Positions 1-8,068 of a stretch of DNA of 64,000 bases are shown here, piece by piece. Made by a program: the position numbers and the translations under genes. The notes below the pieces were generated by a model that saw only the letters and a list, made by a program, of their open reading frames with translations, was not told the DNA's origin and searched no databases. Every line of letters begins with the position of its first letter. Within the stretch, counting starts at the first letter, position 1. The DNA is from Candidatus Omnitrophota bacterium (GTDB lineage: Bacteria; Omnitrophota; Gorgyraeia; Gorgyraeales; Gorgyraeaceae): NCBI GenBank assembly GCA_003485765.1, contig DNHS01000051.1, positions 71,747 to 135,746 of the forward strand, written 5' to 3'.

Positions 1-411
1 CCAGAGCTCATCTGGCGATGGAAAGTTATCTATTGATAATTCCTTCTCAACCACCGAAGAGTATCCTGAACGGTCATGCTGAATAAATCCATCTCCATTG
101 GAACTGAAGGCAATGGGGACATCTAAAATCTCAGCATATCTTAGTGCTTGCTGCATGCCGGCACCGACCGAGTGAGTATTATCTTTTGCTTCAATTACAG
201 CAACGGGAATATTGGGTTTGTAATAGAGAATAAAATCAGTCCGCTTACGTTCTCCACGGACGGTCTTTTCACCTTTAACGAAGATGCGTCCATTAGTGAA
301 AGATACTTCTTCACGTATCTGCCGTTCGATATTCCATCCAGCCCTGACAATGGCGGGTAAGATGAATTGGGAACAGATATCTCTCTCGGAAAGTTCTTTC
401 TTTGTGCTCAT
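1..411 (-). CDS. hsdR: Type I restriction enzyme subunit R (EcoAI/FtnUII-like), N-terminal part; runs off left edge
   Basis: Not in ORF track; manual translation from ATG at 411: MSTKKELSERDICSQFILPAIVRAGWNIERQIREEVSFTNGRIFVKG...RTDFILYYKPNIPVAVIEAK...GMQQALRYAEILDVPIAFSSNGDGF; D...EAK and QxxxY nuclease motifs of the HsdR N-terminus. Confidence 0.92.
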   Translation of the reverse strand, partial: MSTKKELSERDICSQFILPAIVRAGWNIERQIREEVSFTNGRIFVKGEKTVRGERKRTDFILYYKPNIPVAVIEAKDNTHSVGAGMQQALRYAEILDVPIAFSSNGDGFIQHDRSGYSSVVEKELSIDNFPSPDELW

Positions 412-499
412 AAAGTTGTCTGCATTTTAAAAATATGCTTCTGGAGTATATCCTTTGGTTTTGATTATAACACTTAGGAGCTTGCTTATAAAGAAAATT

Positions 500-558
500 A
501 AACTAACCCTCTAACAACCTTTAGGTGAGGTTTTTCTCTGGCAAAAAGGTAAAATCCT
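500..558. repeat. 59-bp dispersed intergenic motif, copy 1
   Basis: aaactaaccctctaacaacc...ctggcaaaaaggtaaaatcct aligns without gaps to 3411-3469 and 4290-4348. Confidence 0.85.
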
Positions 559-643
559 TTATAAGCATTAAAAGTCCTCACTAATACAACGGTATGCGAT
601 TTATTCCTTATTGAGGCTGAGTCTTACATTGCTTTTTGCTCAT

Positions 644-672
644 TTGACAATAACTGACAATCTTGGTATACT
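644..672 (+). promoter_or_regulatory. Sigma70-type promoter
   Basis: TTGACA (644-649), 17-nt spacer, TATACT (667-672), with extended -10 TG. Confidence 0.75.
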
Positions 673-710
673 TGGGATTGGCTCTTTAAAACTTAGTAGT
701 TTTTGTTTCA

Positions 711-828
711 CCATAGAATAGAGTTCGGCTCTATTAACGTTCAAGTGTGGTGAGGTTGCACTATGTCCCGAAAGGGACAAGGGGGGAAATGCAGCCTTAT
801 CGGATTAACTTGAACGTTGCCGGTATGG
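711..828 (+). ncRNA. Candidate structured RNA / 5' leader of unknown family
   Basis: Stems AATAGAG/CTCTATT (717-735), AACGTTCAAGT/ACTTGAACGTT (736-746/808-818), GGTGAGGTTGCA/TGCAGCCTTATC with G-U pairs, TGTCCC-GAAA-GGGACA, closing CCATA/TATGG. Confidence 0.6.
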
Positions 829-860
829 ATATGCGCTCCCTTTTTATTTGGTGCAACTAC

Positions 861-1556
861 ATGGAAACTGTTAAGCTAAACGAAACTTTATCGTCAGATA
901 TCAATAGATGTATTAGAATACTGAGTGAGAAATTTAGGAAATGGCCCTATAACTTCTTCACTGAATCTGATGCGCATAGTTACCTCTATCTCTCCTTCTT
1001 CAGATATGGAACCCCTGCCTTAAAAAGTCTGTATCAGTCTAAGGACCACAGGAGAAGCGTCCTAATACACAGGGAATATCCAACATTCTTCCGATATTCG
1101 CAAAAAGAGTTAAAACTATGTAGATTAGACGAATCAAAGGGAACATGTGGCCACTATGATATGGTAGTATTAAATCCCGACTTCATAAACAATCACGAAA
1201 TCCAGCAGGTAATCTCTAAAGACAACACGATACGCCAGACAGTAAATTTTAACGACAACCATCTCTTGGCGGCGATAGAATTCAAGCTATTGCATAAGCC
1301 GTTAACAGGAGACCTCAGAGATGAGATTAAGAAAGATTTTATTAAATTGGGATGGGCATTAGAAACCAAGCAAGCCAGAGAAGCCTATATGTTAATCTTT
1401 AACAGATACGGCGAGGAGAGGAATTACTGGCAGACACTTGAGGAGTTGCAAAGAGAACATCAGGGTATTAAACTAGTCTATCAGGAGTCTTACTACAACG
1501 GGGATAAACATAAAACATTCATTAAATCGTATCTTAAGCAAAAGCCTACCTCTTAA
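861..1556 (+). CDS. PD-(D/E)XK superfamily nuclease-like protein
   Basis: FFTESD...HREYPT...GHYDMVVL...AIEFKL...KKDFIKL pattern; start moved to ATG 861 because the upstream in-frame GTG lies inside the RNA structure. Confidence 0.65.
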   Translation: METVKLNETLSSDINRCIRILSEKFRKWPYNFFTESDAHSYLYLSFFRYGTPALKSLYQSKDHRRSVLIHREYPTFFRYSQKELKLCRLDESKGTCGHYDMVVLNPDFINNHEIQQVISKDNTIRQTVNFNDNHLLAAIEFKLLHKPLTGDLRDEIKKDFIKLGWALETKQAREAYMLIFNRYGEERNYWQTLEELQREHQGIKLVYQESYYNGDKHKTFIKSYLKQKPTS

Positions 1557-1890
1557 ACTTCCTGGCGTCACCACTGACTTTCTTTATAAGCTCAGGTAAC
1601 TTCTTATGATACCTACCATAACATCTGAATAGAATAACATCGGGACAGGATTTAGATTCTTTAATCAATTCAAAGCATAGAATAAGCAAATCGCCTGTTT
1701 CAATAAGATAATGCTTATCCCCTTTGCTATGTCTCTGTCTAATCTCATCAACATGCTCTGCCATTAACTCTAACAAAGCGAGAGAGTGATTCTTATTCAG
1801 CAACTTGTTATAGCATGTCGAATAACCGTGAATAGTATTTATTTCCATTTTTGCAAAATTAGTCAGAGTCTTTTTTGTCTTTATCATCAC
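1546..1890 (-). CDS. Small helical protein, possibly MazG-like NTP pyrophosphatase fold
   Basis: LMAEHVDEI...IETGDLLILC resembles the ExxE...ExGD(L) all-alpha NTP-PPase pattern. Confidence 0.4.
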   Translation of the reverse strand: MMIKTKKTLTNFAKMEINTIHGYSTCYNKLLNKNHSLALLELMAEHVDEIRQRHSKGDKHYLIETGDLLILCFELIKESKSCPDVILFRCYGRYHKKLPELIKKVSGDARKFKR

Positions 1891-1907
1891 TCTTTAATTA
1901 TTGTCGG

Positions 1908-2738
1908 TTATTTATTTTTATCCTTAGGAATCACTCCTTTTTCAATTTTTCCTTCTTCGGGCTTTACTGGGACTACTACTTCTTTGATTTCAACTTCGGG
2001 CTTTATTATAATTATCGCTTCTCTGATTTCAACTTTGCCGGATTTCTTAGGGTCAAAACCCTCAGTAATCCACTCATTCTTAGGCGCTTGAACATTCGGA
2101 TTAGGTGTCTGTTGTTTTAGAGGCTCTACCTTTTGAGTCTCTTTGGGTGTAGTATCTTTTTCTTTTGCCATAATACTTACCTCCTTTTTAACTTGCTGAT
2201 TCCTATCTGGGCTAAAAAATATATAATCTCCGTAAAGAAAAGTCAGAAATAGAAACGACATCATGGCAGCTTTTATTAAATCATAAGCAGAATCTAGTTT
2301 TCTAATCTTGCGGTCTATTACTAAACGATTCTTCTGAATAGAATCCTTATTTTCCTTTGCCACGGCGTAGTAAATATCAATCAGATTATTGTCATCATAG
2401 AACTTTATTACATTGTCGTTAAACGATACCTTTAGAACCGAGTGCTGCTGTAATACATAGAAGACAGAAAACCAGGCAAAAACAATTAGAACAAATGAAA
2501 TGATTCCGTTTGTAAGGAGTAGCCACTCAATTAAATTCGTGGGTTGACATATGCCAGTGAATATTTTATTGAATAAAAATCCATATATACCAGCTAAAAA
2601 GGTGAGAATGGCAATGTATTTTGAAGCCTTCTCATCAATTCTATTAAACCTATTTAGGTCTTCGAGCAGAACTTCCTTTGACCTTAAATATAAGTCTTTG
2701 TATTTCTCTATCCCCTCATTCTTAATATTTTTTTCCAT
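1908..2738 (-). CDS. Multi-TM membrane protein (Pycsar-effector-like N-terminus) with low-complexity charged tail
   Basis: RIDEKASKYIAILTFLAG, three hydrophobic segments; strong in-frame internal SD/ATG at 2171. Confidence 0.55.
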   Translation of the reverse strand: MEKNIKNEGIEKYKDLYLRSKEVLLEDLNRFNRIDEKASKYIAILTFLAGIYGFLFNKIFTGICQPTNLIEWLLLTNGIISFVLIVFAWFSVFYVLQQHSVLKVSFNDNVIKFYDDNNLIDIYYAVAKENKDSIQKNRLVIDRKIRKLDSAYDLIKAAMMSFLFLTFLYGDYIFFSPDRNQQVKKEVSIMAKEKDTTPKETQKVEPLKQQTPNPNVQAPKNEWITEGFDPKKSGKVEIREAIIIIKPEVEIKEVVVPVKPEEGKIEKGVIPKDKNK

Positions 2739-3348
2739 AATAATCTGCGTTTTCTTCTATCTTTCGGCCTTCTTCATAAACATGCGCAGTCCACGTATCC
2801 GCAAACTGTATCAATAATGTTAGTGGCATCTCGTGATGGGCATATTCTTTATTAGCCTCTATATATTGCCCATCGTGTGCGAGGATAGCTTGAGCCTCTG
2901 AATCAGATAAGGAAATATATTTAGTAACAAGATATAAACTGCGTGCTGCAAGATTCATATCTACTTCTGCAGGATTGATTTTATAAGTCATATTCCTATT
3001 TTTTACTTCCCACTCATTGGTATTCTTGAGATATCGTGGCTTGCCGGGCATACCTATCTTTCCGATGTCATGCAGAAGCCCTACAATAACACAGGATTCC
3101 TCTGATATTTGAGGAGCAATAAGCTCTCTGAACTTCAGGAGAGTCTCAGCAACCCCTACAGAATGCTCCAGTAAACCACCCTCTTTATTCAGATGAAACC
3201 TTGTGCTCGCCGGACTTGTAAGCCAGCTTGACTCAGTTTCAAGCATTTTAATAAAGGCTTCGAATTCCTTCTCTCTTTTAACCACTTTGCATTTTAATGC
3301 TTCGTAACGTTCTCGTATTGTCATAGGAAGTTCCTTTCTTTTTACCAT
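2722..3348 (-). CDS. HD-domain phosphohydrolase (YhaM/phage type)
   Basis: PASTRFH...GGLLEHS...LLHDIGK...HDG...AD motifs. Confidence 0.85.
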   Translation of the reverse strand: MVKRKELPMTIRERYEALKCKVVKREKEFEAFIKMLETESSWLTSPASTRFHLNKEGGLLEHSVGVAETLLKFRELIAPQISEESCVIVGLLHDIGKIGMPGKPRYLKNTNEWEVKNRNMTYKINPAEVDMNLAARSLYLVTKYISLSDSEAQAILAHDGQYIEANKEYAHHEMPLTLLIQFADTWTAHVYEEGRKIEENADYYGKKY

Positions 3349-3410
3349 TATAACACGCTTACAATTTTAATAAAGAACAGAAATTTCTTACAATCTACCT
3401 CTAATACTTT

Positions 3411-3469
3411 AAACTAAGCCTCTAATAAACGCAAGGCTAAGATACAGGCTGGAAAAAAGGTAAAATCCT
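3411..3469. repeat. 59-bp dispersed intergenic motif, copy 2
   Basis: aaactaagcctctaataaacgcaagg...ctggaaaaaaggtaaaatcct. Confidence 0.85.
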
Positions 3470-3515
3470 CTACTAACAAAAATAATGCCTACATTAAAGT
3501 GCAGTGAGCATTGGC

Positions 3516-4010
3516 TCAAATCTTTGCATCGTAAAATATATCGTTTAAGCATTTGTCTCGCTGACTAACAGCCTTTCGAGCTTCTTGTTGAGTCAGTCCA
3601 CCCTTTATAAAATACTCGACTAATTCATTATCAGTTGAGAATTCGTCGTTGTGAAGCGTTGCATTTACCCATTTTAACAATTCTGCTCTACTCATCTTTG
3701 AACCTTTGGGATTTAGTTCTGCCTGTATCTTCCGTAAGGGCGTTGGCTTAAAATATAAATCCCGCTCAATGCCTATGCCAAGTGGGCCGCGGCAATCTTG
3801 CAGTTCCTTGAGGCTAAAATAACCGATCTCTATCTCGTGTCCTCTAACTAATCCAAAGAGAGTATCTACACCGTCAAATTCAAGCACAAACCAAGTCCAG
3901 TAACTGCAAGGGTCGAAGAATTTAAGATAGACAACTGCATCATCACCTTTGTTGTCTTGCTCATACAGTTTCGGAAGTGTCTGGGCTAATTCTTTGGGTA
4001 ACAATTCCAC
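3516..4010 (-). CDS. DUF2958-family mobile element protein with C-terminal extension
   Basis: LPKLYEQD...KFFDPCSYWTWFVLEFD...FGLV...EIGYFSLKEL...IERDLYF signature. Confidence 0.85.
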   Translation of the reverse strand: MELLPKELAQTLPKLYEQDNKGDDAVVYLKFFDPCSYWTWFVLEFDGVDTLFGLVRGHEIEIGYFSLKELQDCRGPLGIGIERDLYFKPTPLRKIQAELNPKGSKMSRAELLKWVNATLHNDEFSTDNELVEYFIKGGLTQQEARKAVSQRDKCLNDIFYDAKI

Positions 4011-4123
4011 TATTCTGGCTCCTTCCTGTGATTCACAATTCGAACATGCCTAATAGACATCTTTATGTGTCTGCTGGGCATGTCTAATAAAAGACTTCTC
4101 CTGATAACTGGTTTCTTTATTAA

Positions 4124-4285
4124 CTACTTTGCCAGCGGTTCTTGGTTTACCTCTCTGCCATAGGCTATGTGGACAGCTTTCCTTAGCAATTCACAGATGC
4201 TTTTACTGGTCTTGCATCTCATCTGGAACAGAATTGCCATTTCTTTTTCAGATAATTTAGAAGCTGGCCACTGATATTTGTTCAT
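4124..4285 (-). CDS. Small putative ribbon-helix-helix regulator (53 aa, below ORF-track cutoff)
   Basis: MNKYQWPASKLSEKEMAILFQMRCKTSKSICELLRKAVHIAYGREVNQEPLAK; GAGGG SD upstream. Confidence 0.55.
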   Translation of the reverse strand: MNKYQWPASKLSEKEMAILFQMRCKTSKSICELLRKAVHIAYGREVNQEPLAK

Positions 4286-4289
4286 TTTT

Positions 4290-4348
4290 AAACTTGCCCT
4301 CTAATAAACGCAAGGTTGATATACAATCTCGGAAAAAGGTAAAATCCT
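4290..4348. repeat. 59-bp dispersed intergenic motif, copy 3
   Basis: aaacttgccctctaataaacgcaagg...ctcggaaaaaggtaaaatcct. Confidence 0.85.
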
Positions 4349-4396
4349 TTAAACATATACGAAGTCTCATTAAGGGGCATGCTGTGCAGCTTAATG

Positions 4397-5659
4397 TCAT
4401 TTAGGCGAACTTTCACGCCCCGGTTTCGCATAACAGTCTGACCACCATTTCCCGGTCTTACAAGAGACAATTAACTTCAACCCTTCCAGCTCTGTTTCCA
4501 TAATTACTTTGATTCGCTCAATGCTATCTTCGACTTCACCCTCTGGAACTGTAACAAGTATTCCGTCATGCAACATTGTGTCTATTTTAAACCCTGCTTT
4601 ATGCAGAGCGACAAGGCTGAATTTCACGATGTCAGCAGCTGTTCCCTGAATCCGAGTATTCACGGCTTGGCGCTCTGATTTCTTTCTTGCTACAATATTA
4701 GGAGAAATTATATCAGGAAGAAATCTTCGCCTGCCGAAATATGTCTCCGCAAATCCTGTTGAGCGAGCCTTCTCAATCGTCTCTTGCTTAAACGCCTCTA
4801 TCTCAGGAATATTTGATTTATAGGCTTTTATAAGCTTCTCTGCTTGATGAATAGATGTCCTGAGATTACGGGCAAGCCCTGCTGCTTCCTGTCCATAGCT
4901 CAAACCAAACCCGAGCATTTTTCCGAGCTTTCGCTCCTTGTCTGTTACGAGTTCGTATGGGATACCTTTCATATCGCTAACAGCTTTCTTATGCATATCC
5001 AAACCTTTAGCCCAGCAATCCTTGAAATATTTATCGTGGGAAAGAGCAGAGATAATGCGGAGTTCAAAACTATCATAGTCCGCTAAGATAAAAGTGCAGC
5101 CTTCGTCTGCGTAGATAACAGTTCTGCCAAGTTCTGGAATTCCTTGTAGGTTGTAGTCTCGGGTGTAAAGCCGGCCACTGGGACAGTCATCGGTGTAAAT
5201 GCAGGAGACTTTTCCCTGCTTCTTATCAGTTGCAGTATATAAGCCTTTAAGAGTAGAAAGAAGTCTCTCCAGATTCCTATATTGGGATATTTCTTGAGTG
5301 ACTGGATTATTGAAATCGGTGAGGGCTCTACGGTTAGCGATGTATCTACCGGTGCGGGACTTTCGTAATTTAACCCCTAACTGTGAAGAAAGAATCAAGG
5401 CTATGTCACGAGCACTATTAAGGTTGACCTTGCCTTTAAGATGCAGATTCTCATATAAGCTATCGCGAATTTTATCTTTATCAAGCCTGACTCCATCAAT
5501 TAGTGCTGAGAGTTTATTAACATCCACATTCAAGCCTCGATTCTGCATTGAGATTTTAACTCCCTGCATATCTTTTTCGAGGGCTTGAATGGTCTCTGAA
5601 TGAACTACTCTGTCGCAGGTATATATAGGCTCCCGCTCGTCTCGATATTTTAAAGACAT
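4397..5659 (-). CDS. Stand-alone family A DNA polymerase (polymerase domain only)
   Basis: SGRLY..YNLQGIP, motif A ADYDSFELRI, motif B RKLGKMLGFGLSYG, NTRIQGTAADIVK, motif C MLHDGIL; 420 aa, no exonuclease domains. Confidence 0.9.
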   Translation of the reverse strand: MSLKYRDEREPIYTCDRVVHSETIQALEKDMQGVKISMQNRGLNVDVNKLSALIDGVRLDKDKIRDSLYENLHLKGKVNLNSARDIALILSSQLGVKLRKSRTGRYIANRRALTDFNNPVTQEISQYRNLERLLSTLKGLYTATDKKQGKVSCIYTDDCPSGRLYTRDYNLQGIPELGRTVIYADEGCTFILADYDSFELRIISALSHDKYFKDCWAKGLDMHKKAVSDMKGIPYELVTDKERKLGKMLGFGLSYGQEAAGLARNLRTSIHQAEKLIKAYKSNIPEIEAFKQETIEKARSTGFAETYFGRRRFLPDIISPNIVARKKSERQAVNTRIQGTAADIVKFSLVALHKAGFKIDTMLHDGILVTVPEGEVEDSIERIKVIMETELEGLKLIVSCKTGKWWSDCYAKPGRESSPK

Positions 5660-5835
5660 CCTCTTATACCTCAGGTTGGAAAAAATTTTAAAAGATACTT
5701 TTCGTGTTCCTCATTTCTACATAACTCATTGCTAATAAATAAGTTATGCCACCCAATAAATACATATAAACAACGGCGTTCTGGATTTGTCAAGCAAAAA
5801 AGTAAAGATTTTTTAACTCTCCGACGAGATTTTTA

Positions 5836-6519
5836 TTATTGTGTAAGAAATTCTTTTGCAATCTGCAAATCAATGACACCTTCGTAGTTCGAAAGAATTT
5901 CCAGATTGCCAAGGCAGTCTCGTGGACAAAAATTAGAGCGTTCTATTAAAAATTCAAATACGTTTTTTTCAATCTTAATTCTTTCAAGCTCAGAAATTCT
6001 GCTTAGTTTACTAATTAATACATCATTTGGTGGCGGCTTAAGAAAATATTTATCACTTCTTGAAAGCAGTCCTCCATCAATTCTGTTCAGGTCAGATGTT
6101 GCAAAAATGAAAGTCAAAAAATTGATGTCTTCTATAGGCTTTAAGAAGCCATCCTGCGCTTTATCAGGCATTCTATGAGCCTCGTCAAAAAATAGAACTC
6201 GCGGCATAAGTACAGAACAACTGAATCCTCTAAATTTACCCAACATTTTATTGATAGTTGCGTAATCGCACTCTGGGGAATTAAATTCCATATATTCAAT
6301 GCACTGCGAAAGCTCACCTTCGCATTCAATGATATCTTTGGCAAATATTCTCGCCAGCGTTGTCTTACCCAAGCCGAAATTTGAAGACAGGATTATCGAA
6401 TGAGGGAAAAATCCTTTCTTGCGATAACCATTCCAAATAATTTTGATATGCTCATTACCCCAAACCTCATCCAGTGTCTTAGGCCTGTATTTCTCTCTGA
6501 AATCTCTTAAGTCTTCCAT
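5836..6519 (-). CDS. Clamp-loader clade AAA+ ATPase (DnaX/RFC-like N-terminal module)
   Basis: EKYRPKTLDEVWG, GLGKTTLAR, FFDEAH, LLSRS, RDCL. Confidence 0.85.
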   Translation of the reverse strand: MEDLRDFREKYRPKTLDEVWGNEHIKIIWNGYRKKGFFPHSIILSSNFGLGKTTLARIFAKDIIECEGELSQCIEYMEFNSPECDYATINKMLGKFRGFSCSVLMPRVLFFDEAHRMPDKAQDGFLKPIEDINFLTFIFATSDLNRIDGGLLSRSDKYFLKPPPNDVLISKLSRISELERIKIEKNVFEFLIERSNFCPRDCLGNLEILSNYEGVIDLQIAKEFLTQ

Positions 6520-6616
6520 TGAAAAGCTCCTTTCTGGTTAAACTGAAAAACTAAACAATTTATGCACTAACTTCTTGATAAATTTAAGGTTGCTGTTTAT
6601 CATGCTGCCATAAAAA

Positions 6617-7741
6617 CTAAGATAAACTAAGGGTCGAATAGCAGTTAGCTAAGAGATTATCGGCCGAACCAATAGGAAAATCATCAGTGAAAGAGTAGTC
6701 AATTCTATTCTTTAGTCCTCTTACAGGCAGCTCGTTGAGAAAACCTAAGGCAGATAACTTTTTGAAGTATTTAGCCGTAACATTATAATTCTTAAAACGA
6801 CTTCCTTCTGTGGCGACTGCCGTTACTTGGTTACGGGTAAATGTTCTGTTCTGAAATAGCTCCCTCTTATGCTCCCGGAGAAAAACAATGAATTCAACAA
6901 GATCCCTTGTTAACGAAGCATCATCTTCGTCAATATGAACGCTTGTTAGAATCTGCTTTGCCTCGTAAAAATCATCGTGGACTGCCCCTATATACCTTGT
7001 CTCGCCATCTGTTTCTACAGTCCGCTGATTCTGATTAAGGAAAGTAATTGAAGAGATAAGGTTTAGGGTTCTTTCCATTATTCGCGGAGCGTGGTATGGA
7101 CTTGCACCAAGCTTTATTTGCTCTGCAAAGGGAATACCCACCGCTAAATTATGATTTAAATTCTTCTGAAATGTGCGGTGCTTATCTTGCAGACATTTAG
7201 TTGCCCGTTCAGAAATAAATCCTTTAACTGTCCTGAGTAACTTCTGCCTGCAAAGAATACCCTCCCTTGCTTCTTGAGATGTATTAATTCCTGCGACAAA
7301 ACAGCGAGACCTATTCTCAATACCAAATATTTCTGAATTAACCGTGGTTTCAATAAGAGTAGTCGGCCCCTTAAGAACATGTTCCTCATTAGCAGTAGAA
7401 TAGGTAACTTCGCCCTCGCTAATCAACTCTCTTATATACTGAGCGAATTGAGGGTCTTCATATTTCTCGTAGATAAACAAAATCTTATCGCTTAAATCGC
7501 CTTGCCTAACAAGACTGGCAGGCGTGATACGTGAACGGAAAAGAATATCTTCTGAAGGGAACAAATCTAAAACTGTTTTGGCAAGATGTGACTTACCCAG
7601 CCCTGCCGGCCCGGAAACAAGAACAGAGATTTTGTATCGAGTCTTTCTGACCGTAGCAGCCAGATACAGCAGCAAAGCTAAGTTTAAATTATCTCCTACT
7701 CCTAAAATTTTCAAATCTTCCTTTAATTCCTGAATTTTCAC
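6617..7741 (-). CDS. P-loop ATPase / putative helicase of mobile-element replication module
   Basis: Walker A GPAGLGKS, LISEG, ENRSR arginine-finger-like motif, possible C-terminal winged helix; AAGGAGG SD before TTG. Confidence 0.7.
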   Translation of the reverse strand: MKIQELKEDLKILGVGDNLNLALLLYLAATVRKTRYKISVLVSGPAGLGKSHLAKTVLDLFPSEDILFRSRITPASLVRQGDLSDKILFIYEKYEDPQFAQYIRELISEGEVTYSTANEEHVLKGPTTLIETTVNSEIFGIENRSRCFVAGINTSQEAREGILCRQKLLRTVKGFISERATKCLQDKHRTFQKNLNHNLAVGIPFAEQIKLGASPYHAPRIMERTLNLISSITFLNQNQRTVETDGETRYIGAVHDDFYEAKQILTSVHIDEDDASLTRDLVEFIVFLREHKRELFQNRTFTRNQVTAVATEGSRFKNYNVTAKYFKKLSALGFLNELPVRGLKNRIDYSFTDDFPIGSADNLLANCYSTLSLS

Positions 7742-7752
7742 AACTACCTCCT

Positions 7753-7773
7753 TGTGACGTTAAGGTGACGTTA
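7753..7773. repeat. Integrase arm-type sites (tandem TGTGACGTTA)
   Basis: tgtgacgtta 7753-7762 and ggtgacgtta 7764-7773; same pair at 7996-8016 and 18331-18351. Confidence 0.8.
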
Positions 7774-7882
7774 AGAACTATAATTCTACAAAAGCATCCA
7801 AACATACGCAAAGACATCTAACACAATAAAAAAGGCGTAACTACCTTAAAAATCAGGTGATTACGCCTAATTACTAATAAAA

Positions 7883-7907
7883 ATAGAGGGTTATACAAAC
7901 CCTCTAT
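7883..7907. terminator. Hairpin just downstream of the tRNA 3'-end duplicate (probable element-supplied terminator)
   Basis: ATAGAGGGTT/AACCCTCTAT perfect 10-bp stem; shorter counterpart GGGTT/AACCC at 18465-18480. Confidence 0.5.
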
Positions 7908-7914
7908 AAACAAA

Positions 7915-7934
7915 TGGTGCCGAGGAGAAGAATC
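7915..7934. repeat. att core: duplicate of tRNA-Phe 3' end
   Basis: tggtgccgaggagaagaatc identical to 18492-18511. Confidence 0.95.
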
Positions 7935-7995
7935 ATTTCTTTCCCTCGTATAAGTCCTTATTATATAATATGTTCTCAATATTACAAGTATTTTT

Positions 7996-8016
7996 TGTGA
8001 CGTTAGCGAGACGTTA
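7996..8016. repeat. Integrase arm-type sites, element A distal att
   Basis: tgtgacgtta g cgagacgtta. Confidence 0.75.
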
Positions 8017-8068
8017 ATATAAAAAATATAGTTTTATGGATATTAGTACATATGATATAATTTAAGCT

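Larger units (their letters stand above)
1..7934. mobile_element. Integrative element B (partial), inserted in tandem beyond element A at tRNA-Phe
   Basis: 7753-7934 is homologous to the tRNA-proximal att arm 18331-18511 (arm repeats, IHF site, hairpin, 20-bp core); cargo is RM, nuclease and replication-type genes. Confidence 0.75.

Noticed and set aside
148-360. + strand 70-aa ORF
   Set aside because: Antisense shadow of the hsdR N-terminus
711-828. Retron msr-msd or hammerhead ribozyme
   Set aside because: No reverse transcriptase in the window; no CUGANGA hammerhead core seen
747-860. N-terminal extension of the nuclease ORF from GTG 747
   Set aside because: Start lies within strong RNA structure with no SD; ATG 861 is more plausible
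500-4348. 59-bp repeats as integron attC sites
   Set aside because: No RYYYAAC/GTTRRRY boxes or internal palindrome; they lie upstream of genes
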